Shown one piece after another: positions 10,721 through 18,374 of a stretch of 64,000 nucleotides of DNA. The translations under genes and the position numbers were made by a program. How positions within the stretch are numbered: position 1 is the stretch's first letter; each line of letters begins with the position of its first letter. This stretch comes from Methanoregula sp. (GTDB taxonomy: Archaea > Halobacteriota > Methanomicrobia > Methanomicrobiales > Methanospirillaceae), in the NCBI GenBank assembly GCA_035353675.1, contig DAOQAA010000003.1:781-64780 (forward strand), in the 5' to 3' direction. The notes beneath the pieces were generated by a model. The model was given only the letters and a program-made list of their open reading frames with translations, had not been told where the DNA came from and searched no databases.

Positions 10721-11800
10721 ATGACAGAGTCAGTCATCACCGAATTTTCCGGGAGCGAGCGCGATTCTATCAGCAGGGTATACCGTTATGGGGTAAGCGG
10801 TGTCCGGGTGATGGACAGCCATGACAGAATCAGCAGGCTTTACCGGTTTGACCCCTCGTCCAATACGATGACAGAAAACGATCCCGCACAACCCGGAAAA
10901 ATTCTCCGGAGGTTTGTTTTCGACAATTTTGGAATGCTTGAAGAGACGTTCTCTTTCGGGCAGCCGCCCCGGACATTCAGGTACGAGGCCGGTGGCCGGC
11001 AGATTGTCATGAGGGAAGGCGGGGACTATGGTGCAGTCGGGAAGACCTTCTCGTTTGAAAACAATGGCGTGGCCGAAACTGCGTTCGGGCGCGATGGGGG
11101 TATCGAGCGGGTCTATGTCTTTGAGCCCGGCGGTGGTGCGATTACCATACGTTCCGGAGGCTGGTATGGGGACGTGGAGCGGAAGCTTGTGTGTGACAGG
11201 ATAAATGCGTCCGTCTTCTGTGAACCCGAGGCATTTCTCCAGTTCCTGATGTTTACGGAAAAAAGCCAGCGCGAGATTGACGAAGCCATTGATGAAGAAG
11301 TGGCAAAGATACGGGGCGTGTCTTCTCCGGCACCCGGGCAGAACAGGTTTGCATATACCGGGCAACGGCACAATTCCGAGGATAGCAGGGACACCGGGGG
11401 TATCAGGGCATCAGGCAACCCGGCCGGCCGTCGCTCCTCTTCCCGTACTGCTGAACGGGATGACGGGGATATTGATTTTATTCCGGATGCGGCTTCAGCT
11501 CCGGTAAATACTTCCCGGCGGCCGTCCGCAGTACGTGACCAGACCGGTGCCGTCCCCTTTGAGGAACGCTGGCAGAGCGCAACTAATGACCGGGAAGAGT
11601 TATCAGTTGGCCGGAGCGCCCGGATCCCGCTTGATGAACGGTTCCGGAGTTCCCGTGATGAGGATCATACGCTTACAACGGGAAGAAGCGCAAGTATCCC
11701 GCTCGATGAACGGTTCCGGAGTTCGCGCGACGAGGACAGGACACTCACGAAAGGGAGAAGCGCAGAGATCCCGCTTGATGAGCGGTTTAAAAAGCGCTGA
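10721..11800 (+). CDS. Hypothetical protein with a beta-repeat N-terminal half and C-terminal 24-aa tandem repeats
   Basis: GAGGTG ribosome-binding site before ATG 10721; GRSAxIPLDERF repeats. Confidence 0.75.
   Translation: MTESVITEFSGSERDSISRVYRYGVSGVRVMDSHDRISRLYRFDPSSNTMTENDPAQPGKILRRFVFDNFGMLEETFSFGQPPRTFRYEAGGRQIVMREGGDYGAVGKTFSFENNGVAETAFGRDGGIERVYVFEPGGGAITIRSGGWYGDVERKLVCDRINASVFCEPEAFLQFLMFTEKSQREIDEAIDEEVAKIRGVSSPAPGQNRFAYTGQRHNSEDSRDTGGIRASGNPAGRRSSSRTAERDDGDIDFIPDAASAPVNTSRRPSAVRDQTGAVPFEERWQSATNDREELSVGRSARIPLDERFRSSRDEDHTLTTGRSASIPLDERFRSSRDEDRTLTKGRSAEIPLDERFKKR
11535..11795 (+). repeat. Intragenic 72-bp (24-aa) tandem repeat, about 3.5 copies
   Basis: GRSARIPLDERFRSSRDEDHTLTT / GRSASIPLDERFRSSRDEDRTLTK / GRSAEIPLDERF, preceded by a diverged copy (VPFEERW). 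Confidence 0.85.
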
Positions 11801-11935
11801 AAATTAAAGAATATCTCACTTTTTGCGAAACTTTGTTAGCCGGATGAATTATACCGGATTTTAATTTGTGATTTTGATGATGATGAGAAGACATTTTTTG
11901 ATTTGTGTTGTCGGAATCCAAATAAAAAGAAAAGA

Positions 11936-12124
11936 TTAGTGTTCGTCACAGCGGAGCACCCCGCCATGTCCGATGTCCTCAAGGCTGTGCTCATCGATCA
12001 TGATGGTAACGACCTCCGGGTCGACCTTAAGGGTCGAGACAAGCGTGTTCGTGAATTCCTTTACAATTTTGCGTTTCTGTTCAGTTGTCCAGCCTTTGCG
12101 CACCTTGAGAATTACGACGGGCAT
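11936..12124 (-). CDS. 4-oxalocrotonate tautomerase family protein
   Basis: Catalytic Pro-1 (MPVV), TTEQKRKIV and IGHGG motifs; 62 aa. Confidence 0.9.
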   Translation of the reverse strand: MPVVILKVRKGWTTEQKRKIVKEFTNTLVSTLKVDPEVVTIMIDEHSLEDIGHGGVLRCDEH

Positions 12125-12631
12125 GATAAAATCTCCTTATTCCCTATGTGAATGGATGATATTTACTCCCTTGTTCCATGACCGGGCGCGGGACGAATGT
12201 ACCCTGTTTTTGCGTAAGCTGATATTTCCGGATAGTGCTCCGATTATCGTATAGCTCATTTTTCCCGCCGGTTTTCTTCTCCCGGAATTTATTCAGCCAG
12301 ACCCATCTCCCTGTGTATACTATGCTGATCTGTCAACGCTGCCCAAAAATCCAAGGAGACGTTTGAAAACACTTCCCGACCCGGATGATCAGGCCGGGCA
12401 CCGTGGTGAGGAGGGAAAGCAGATTGACAAAACGGGAAAGCACCTATGAAGGTACATTTTTTGTACCTGGGGAAAATGCGAAGCCGTAGTCCGGATTGCC
12501 ATAAAAATCCTGAAACGACTGCCGTTTTCTCACAAAACCGGTTCATAATCAAAGCCCATTATTCCCCCCAACCTATGTCCCGGATGTCAAAGGGGCCCCG
12601 ATGACAGCAAAAACAAAAGGAAGAATGAACA

Positions 12632-13036
12632 ATGAGTGAAAATTCTGGACAGGAAAAAGACGTGAAGACTCCCAGCCCCTACGGGCGTGGTGTGGGAACC
12701 GGCCCGTCATCACCGACAGTACCGGGAAAAACAGTGATATTATGCAAAAAATCCGCACCGCATCCTGTTGAACGGGCCACTGCCCTCCGGGGGCTGGGCA
12801 TCGGGCGGCCGCCGGCGCCAAAGAGCGCAGTCCGGCGCCAGACCTTGGGTGACATCTACGGCAGGAATCCCGAAGTCCCGTACGTGAAGTTCGAGGCTGC
12901 GCTCCGCGATCTGGTCTGCTCTCTTATGGAGCGGCAGGATCGTATGAACGAGGAGATCTTCTACCGGGTAAACGACCTTGGCAGCCGGATTGACGATCTT
13001 GAAGACGGCCGACAGGAACATGGGGGCGGGGGATGA
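12632..13036 (+). CDS. Hypothetical protein: disordered N-terminus, C-terminal coiled coil
   Basis: ATGA overlap with the next ORF; LMERQDRMNEEIFYRVNDLGSRIDDLE heptad pattern. Confidence 0.6.
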   Translation: MSENSGQEKDVKTPSPYGRGVGTGPSSPTVPGKTVILCKKSAPHPVERATALRGLGIGRPPAPKSAVRRQTLGDIYGRNPEVPYVKFEAALRDLVCSLMERQDRMNEEIFYRVNDLGSRIDDLEDGRQEHGGGG

Positions 13037-13443
13037 CCCGGGGCAGGCGCCCCACAAAGGCGCTTACGGAAGCGGTTGAGATCGCCAGCCGGCGCGGCTG
13101 CGTGGAGAATGTTGCCGGCCGGCGCGGCCGGGCATTCGATTTTATTATCATCGAAAATTTCAGGGTTGTGTTCGTGAAAGTGAAGCGTTCTCAGACCTCG
13201 TTCACGTATCCTCTTGAGGCCCTGAGTAAATACGAGCGGGAGATCGCGAGCCTCCACCGCGTGGCCCTGACCCGGGTAACGGCCCGGGAGTTCTGGATTC
13301 GTTCCCCAGCCAGGGAGTGGCAATATTTCCTGATCCGGCACGATTCGGTGATCGAAGTCCGGGCTGATGGAACGTATATTCCCCGCGAAGTGCTTCCCCT
13401 GGAAGCTGCGAGACCGTCGGAAAATACGGCAAACGGGGAATAA
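13033..13443 (+). CDS. Putative PD-(D/E)xK-fold protein (Hjc/YraN-like) with degenerate catalytic motif
   Basis: N-terminal G-R helix, FDFII...VVFVKVKRS (D...ExK with E replaced by K) and WQYF strand; size similar to Hjc. Confidence 0.55.
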   Translation: MTRGRRPTKALTEAVEIASRRGCVENVAGRRGRAFDFIIIENFRVVFVKVKRSQTSFTYPLEALSKYEREIASLHRVALTRVTAREFWIRSPAREWQYFLIRHDSVIEVRADGTYIPREVLPLEAARPSENTANGE

Positions 13444-13498
13444 TTTTCTTTTTTTTTGCACCAACTAAAAATCCCCAAACCTATATTCTGCCCCCCCT

Positions 13499-13665
13499 TA
13501 CGCCAGCCCTGCCCCAATTGGGGGCGGGGGCGTATGCGATAGTGGAGGTATTACCTGTTTATGAAAACGATCCACAGGGTAAACCTGGGAGGCAGGTAAT
13601 ATAACATCATCGCAACCGGGGCGCCACAGCGACGGGGGCGACAGCCCCCAGGAGCGTCTTTGTGG
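13499..13665. ncRNA. Structured intergenic element with three hairpins (candidate ncRNA or non-autonomous repeat)
   Basis: Stems TACGCC/GGCGTA, TGCGAT/ATCGCA, TATTACCTG/CAGGTAATA and GGGGGC-GACA-GCCCCC. Confidence 0.45.
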
Positions 13666-13951
13666 GGGTATCGAGTTAAGAGGGGGTACCTGGCACCCAA
13701 AAAAAAGGTATCCCGAAAAGCCAAATCCGGGCCCGTATCGGGCCCCGTTTCCCGATTTTTGATCCATTTTTGCACAAAAACCGTGCAGTTTTACGCACTT
13801 TTTCCGGAAACGCAACATACGTGCGATTCTGGCCAAACGGAGCGTGTTACGCGGCGCTGTAAAACCCTAATGTACGCTTTTGCGAGGCAAAAGTCAAGGG
13901 GGGATGGGGTGCTGGAGGGAGGGGGGAAAAGAAGGGGTGTTTACGGGCCTC

Positions 13952-14173
13952 TTACCAGAATTCCCGTTTGAACTCCTCGACCTCAATCCCTGCCTGCGTG
14001 AGGATTCCGATCAACGTTCCTTTCTTTAGTTCGCGATGAAGAGGAACGGAGAAGACACGCCATTCTTTCTGCACAACAACATGGCTTGAGGTCTGCCGTT
14101 TTACCTCAAACCCCTGCTTTGCGAGATATTTGATCAGGTCTGCCCCGGAGATAACCGGGAGTTTATGCGACAT
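13952..14173 (-). CDS. hicA: HicA family toxin (mRNA interferase)
   Basis: LPVISGADLIKYLAKQGF, RQTSSH, VPLHRELKKGTL.GIL.QAG; start reassigned to ATG 14173. Confidence 0.9.
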   Translation of the reverse strand: MSHKLPVISGADLIKYLAKQGFEVKRQTSSHVVVQKEWRVFSVPLHRELKKGTLIGILTQAGIEVEEFKREFW

Positions 14174-14387
14174 CTGCCACTTCAACCTTGGAGATCTCGC
14201 GGTTGTGTACCTGGGATTTTCGGTGAAGTTCTTCCCGCTGGACTTCGAGAACAAGTTCTATTGCTTCTTTGATATTGGCGAGCGCTTCTTCCCGGGTCTC
14301 ACCCTGGCTGATAGCGCCGGGAATCTCTACGCACTGGACCGTGAAGCCGCCTTCTTCCTGGGGTTCGAGCACCACCGTATATTTCAT
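14163..14387 (-). CDS. hicB: HicB family antitoxin (short, no DNA-binding domain)
   Basis: YTVVLEPQEEGGFTV...PGAISQGETREEALANIKEAIEL. Confidence 0.92.
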   Translation of the reverse strand: MKYTVVLEPQEEGGFTVQCVEIPGAISQGETREEALANIKEAIELVLEVQREELHRKSQVHNREISKVEVADVA

Positions 14388-14500
14388 AGTTACACTTTAT
14401 TCTCAGAAGAGTATACAATTTTTCCGCTGAGATCAAACCCGTCCCTAGATGGGGTCCTGATGACAGTTAAAAAGAGGTTTAAGATCAAATGCAGGAAGGA

Positions 14501-14707
14501 ATGACAATGCTATACCCGAATCCGAATTATTTGGTATACCTGATCATTTAAGGTCTGGCCCTCCTCTAGGCTATTGGTAACACGATTAAAGGCATATTTC
14601 TCGGAACTATCGGTGAATACGGTTTTTCCTGGATTATCATCCGGGTGATCCTCTTGTTCGCAGGGATGATAATTTACGGTGCCGGGAAACAGGATGGAGT
14701 GTGGTAA
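14501..14707 (+). pseudogene. Small membrane protein pseudogene with two in-frame stops
   Basis: AGGAAGGA then MTMLYPNPNYLVYLII*GLALL*AIGNTIKGIFLGTIGEYGFSWIIIRVILLFAGMIIYGAGKQDGVW*. Confidence 0.5.
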
Positions 14708-14802
14708 TATGCGATGCTCTCAATGCGCCGAGAACAGGGGAGTCCCATGCAAGCGAGATCCCCGAACCAGTGTTTTCAAACCCGAGATCGAATGAGAGGA
14801 AC

Positions 14803-14990
14803 ATCGAACAGGCGATCGAGAATAATCAGAAACCAACGGCGATCATCGAGCTGTACGAAGCGATGAAAAGGAGATCCCTGAGGCAACACACTCCCAATAC
14901 ACGATCCAGGCAATCGATACACTCTTCTCGCGCCCGAGCTTCAAGAGCGCCAATTTCACCATGGATTTCAGGATCTCAATTATTTTTGGC
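14803..14990 (+). pseudogene. Frameshifted fragment resembling the C-terminal part of Fic/DOC family proteins
   Basis: IEQAIENNQKPTAIIELYEAMK, then after a 1-nt shift EIPEATHSQYTIQAIDTLFSRPSFKSANF; family recognised from memory only. Confidence 0.4.
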
Positions 14991-15003
14991 ATCTCCTTCC
15001 CGT

Positions 15004-15063
15004 TTCCCCCTCCAGTACACCAACCTTACCATTTATGTTAATTTTGGTGTACGGGAGGGGGAA
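15004..15063. repeat. 20-bp inverted repeat (19/20 match) with 20-nt spacer upstream of uvrA
   Basis: TTCCCCCTCCAGTACACCAA ... TTGGTGTACGGGAGGGGGAA. Confidence 0.8.
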
Positions 15064-15157
15064 TTCTTTAGGATTTGTCGGTAAATTTTTCCTTCACTTT
15101 CATGCCCCGAACTGAACCGCTTTATATGCCGGAGCTGAAGAGTCTGAGCACGTATCC

Positions 15158-17968
15158 ATGAAAAACATCATCATCAAAGGTGCACGCCAGCACAACCTGA
15201 AAAATATCAATGTGGAGATCCCGCGTGACAAACTTGTTGTAATCACAGGGGTTTCGGGTTCCGGCAAATCGACGCTTGCCTTCGACACGCTTTATGCCGA
15301 AGGCCAGCGGCGGTATATGGAATCACTCTCCTCCTATGCCCGGCAGTTCCTTGGCATGATGCAGAAACCCGATGTTGATCTTATCGAGGGGCTTTCGCCG
15401 GCGATAGCCATTGAGCAGAAGACCACATCCAAGAACCCACGTTCGACCGTCGGGACTATCACCGAGATCTATGATTACTATCGCCTTCTCTTTGCCCGGA
15501 TCGGGACGCCCTACTGTCCCGAGCACAATATTCCCATTGCCGCCCAGACTCCCGACCGGATCGCCGACCTGATTGGTGCAGAGCACCCCGGTCAGGTCAC
15601 TATCCTTGCTCCTGTCATCCGGCAGAAGAAGGGAACCTACCAGCAGCTTCTTCGCGACCTCAATGCCGAGGGGTACGCCCGGGTCCGGGTGAACAAGAAA
15701 ATCATCAGGACCGATGAGGAGATCAAGCTCGACCGGTACAAGAAACACGATATCGAGATCGTGATCGACCGGCTGGAGACCACCGACCGCTCGCGGCTCA
15801 CTGAGGCAATCGAGAATGCGTTAAAGAAGTCCGAAGGGCTTGTCATCCTTCTTGACAGCGAGGAGAAGGAATCGACCTACTCCTCGCTTCTCGCCTGCCC
15901 GGTCTGCGGTCTTGCTTTTGAAGAACTCCAGCCGAGAATGTTCTCGTTCAACAGCCCGTTTGGGGCCTGCGAGGAATGCCACGGCCTTGGCGTGAAAATG
16001 GAGTTTGACGCTGACCTCATTATCCCGGACAAGAACCGGTGCATCGCGGACGGTGCCGTCGCCCCGTACCGGAACCCGATGGACGGTTTCCGGGGCCAGT
16101 ATCTGGCCACGGTCGCAAAGCATTTCGGGTTCTCGGTCCTGACACCGATAAAGGACCTTACCGAGGAGCAGAACAATGCCCTGATGTATGGCTCTTCGGA
16201 CAGGATGCATTTCTCAATGAGCACAAGAAACGGGGATGCACAGTGGTCGCATAACGGAGAATGGGAAGGGCTCCTCCCGCAGACCGCCCGGCTCTATGCC
16301 CAGACCAAGTCCGACTGGAGGAAACGAGAACTGGAAAACTACATGCGTGTCTTCGAGTGTCCTGCCTGTAAGGGCAAGAGGCTCAAGGACAAGATTCTTG
16401 CAGTCCGGATCAATGGAAAATCGATTATCGATGTTACCGACCTCTCCGTTTCCGCGAGCATCCGGTTCTTTGACAGCCTGAAGCTGACCGAGAAGGAACG
16501 CGGGATCTCCCGGCAGATCTTAAAAGAGATCCATTCCCGGCTGGCTTTTCTTGAAAAGGTCGGTCTCGGGTACCTCACGCTCTCCCGGAACGCGGGAACG
16601 CTCTCGGGAGGGGAAGCGCAGCGGATCCGGCTTGCCACCCAAATCGGTTCGACCCTGATGGGCGTGCTCTATGTCCTGGATGAACCCTCCATCGGGCTCC
16701 ACCAGCGCGACAACCGGAAGCTCATCGAGACGCTGCAGATGCTCCGCGATCTCGGGAATACGGTTCTTGTCGTGGAGCATGACGAGGACATGATCCGCTC
16801 TGCCGACCACGTGATTGACATCGGCCCCGGGGCAGGAATGCATGGCGGCGAGCTTGTCGCGGAAGGTATCCCGGCAACCATCGAGAAGACAAAAAAATCG
16901 CTGACAGGCCAGTACCTTGCTGGCATAAAATCGATCCCGGTCCCTGGAAAAAGGCGTCCCGCAGAAAAGTTTGTCACAGTGAAAGGCTGCCAGGAGAACA
17001 ACCTCAAAAACATCGATGTAAAAATCCCCATCGGCCTTTTAACCGTAGTAACAGGTGTCTCTGGCTCGGGCAAGTCCACGCTCGTGTATGACACGCTCTA
17101 CCGGGGCATGATGCAGCGTCTCTACCATTCCCGCGAGAAGGCCGGGGCGCATAAAGAGATCATGTTCGACTCCGCAATCGACAAGGTGATCGTCATTGAC
17201 CAGTCCCCGATAGGGAGGACGCCACGGAGCAACCCGGCGACCTATACCAAGCTCTTCGATGAGATCCGGACCGTTTTTGCCGGGACAAAGGAGGCAAAGC
17301 TGCGGGGTTACGGCCCGGGCAGGTTCTCGTTCAATCTCAAAGGCGGGCGCTGCGAGGCCTGCGAAGGTGACGGCCTGATCCGGATCGAGATGAACTTCCT
17401 GCCCGACGTGTATGTCGAGTGCGAGGAGTGCAAGGGCAAGCGCTACAACCGCGAGACGCTTGAAGTGAAGTACAAGGACAAGTCGATTGCCGATGTCCTT
17501 GAGATGAGCGTGGAGGAAGCCCTTTCCCTCTTCGAGCACCACCCGTCCATCCGTTCCAAACTCGATATGCTCTCCAGAGTCGGCCTCGGGTACATCAAGC
17601 TCGGGCAGAGCGCAACAACGCTTTCGGGAGGGGAGGCACAGCGGATCAAGCTCACAAGGGAGCTCGCAAAAAGGGCCACGGGCAGGACCCTCTACCTGCT
17701 CGACGAGCCGACCACCGGGCTTCATTTCGATGATACGAAGAAACTCATCAAGGTGCTCGATGACCTTGTGGAGAAGGGGAACACCGTCGTTGTCATCGAG
17801 CATAACCTTGACGTGATCAAGTCCGCAGACTATATCATCGATATCGGGCCCGAGGGAGGGGATGCTGGCGGGGAGATCGTTGCTATCGGGACACCGGAGC
17901 GGGTGGCCGGGGTGAAGGGGAGTTATACCGGCCAGTTTTTGAAGGGGATACTTGAAAAGAGAGGATAA
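15158..17968 (+). CDS. uvrA: Excinuclease ABC subunit A
   Basis: Two GVSGSGKS Walker A motifs, LSGGEAQRI twice, and CxxC zinc fingers. Confidence 0.99.
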   Translation: MKNIIIKGARQHNLKNINVEIPRDKLVVITGVSGSGKSTLAFDTLYAEGQRRYMESLSSYARQFLGMMQKPDVDLIEGLSPAIAIEQKTTSKNPRSTVGTITEIYDYYRLLFARIGTPYCPEHNIPIAAQTPDRIADLIGAEHPGQVTILAPVIRQKKGTYQQLLRDLNAEGYARVRVNKKIIRTDEEIKLDRYKKHDIEIVIDRLETTDRSRLTEAIENALKKSEGLVILLDSEEKESTYSSLLACPVCGLAFEELQPRMFSFNSPFGACEECHGLGVKMEFDADLIIPDKNRCIADGAVAPYRNPMDGFRGQYLATVAKHFGFSVLTPIKDLTEEQNNALMYGSSDRMHFSMSTRNGDAQWSHNGEWEGLLPQTARLYAQTKSDWRKRELENYMRVFECPACKGKRLKDKILAVRINGKSIIDVTDLSVSASIRFFDSLKLTEKERGISRQILKEIHSRLAFLEKVGLGYLTLSRNAGTLSGGEAQRIRLATQIGSTLMGVLYVLDEPSIGLHQRDNRKLIETLQMLRDLGNTVLVVEHDEDMIRSADHVIDIGPGAGMHGGELVAEGIPATIEKTKKSLTGQYLAGIKSIPVPGKRRPAEKFVTVKGCQENNLKNIDVKIPIGLLTVVTGVSGSGKSTLVYDTLYRGMMQRLYHSREKAGAHKEIMFDSAIDKVIVIDQSPIGRTPRSNPATYTKLFDEIRTVFAGTKEAKLRGYGPGRFSFNLKGGRCEACEGDGLIRIEMNFLPDVYVECEECKGKRYNRETLEVKYKDKSIADVLEMSVEEALSLFEHHPSIRSKLDMLSRVGLGYIKLGQSATTLSGGEAQRIKLTRELAKRATGRTLYLLDEPTTGLHFDDTKKLIKVLDDLVEKGNTVVVIEHNLDVIKSADYIIDIGPEGGDAGGEIVAIGTPERVAGVKGSYTGQFLKGILEKRG

Positions 17969-17972
17969 TTTT

Positions 17973-18047
17973 GGTTCTGTTGAAACTGCATGAATTAATC
18001 CGGTTCACACAGGAACCAGAGGGGTTCATGTCCGTTTCAACAGGGCC
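17973..18047. mobile_element. 75-bp MITE with 14-bp terminal inverted repeats and 8-bp target-site duplication
   Basis: Ends GGTTCTGTTGAAAC / GTTTCAACAGGGCC (12/14 match); ATAATTTT on both sides at 17965-17972 and 18048-18055. Confidence 0.8.
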
Positions 18048-18374
18048 ATAATTTTTGATTTTCAGAAAGCCGCAATTCCATTTGCAGACACCGGCATAAT
18101 CCGGGCTTTCAGAAATCTTTTTTTATCCAACGGGATTTGGGATGAATCCCCATACAGATTGCAATTTCCCCCTCGGCAACGTTTTCTTCAGGATCAGATA
18201 ATGATTCCGATATAAATCGGAAATAATAAATAAACAAAGGTGAATTTTCAAAAACAGGATTACACGTTCGACTAAAAGGCATATTCCATCGAAAAAGAAG
18301 GTTTATGCGGTACATTGTGGTCGAATATTGTGACAAAGACCGTCAATGACGATGATAAATTAAACCGGTTCAAA

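Noticed and set aside
11535-11795. Possible CRISPR-like array
   Set aside because: In-frame coding repeats with no unique spacers and no cas genes
13498-13971. ORFs 13498..13836, 13551..13775 and 13660..13971, and similar ORFs at 2207..2458, 29970..30365 and 51853..52138
   Set aside because: Pro/Gly-rich translations of palindromic G/C repeats with no protein-like features
14567-14569. In-frame TAG as possible pyrrolysine readthrough
   Set aside because: The same frame has an earlier TAA, and no pyl context is present; pseudogene is the simpler explanation
17039-17803. Long antisense ORFs over uvrA and other GC-rich genes (e.g. 27061..27795, 52324..53043, 63323..63991)
   Set aside because: Shadow ORFs arising from codon bias on the opposite strand of well-supported genes
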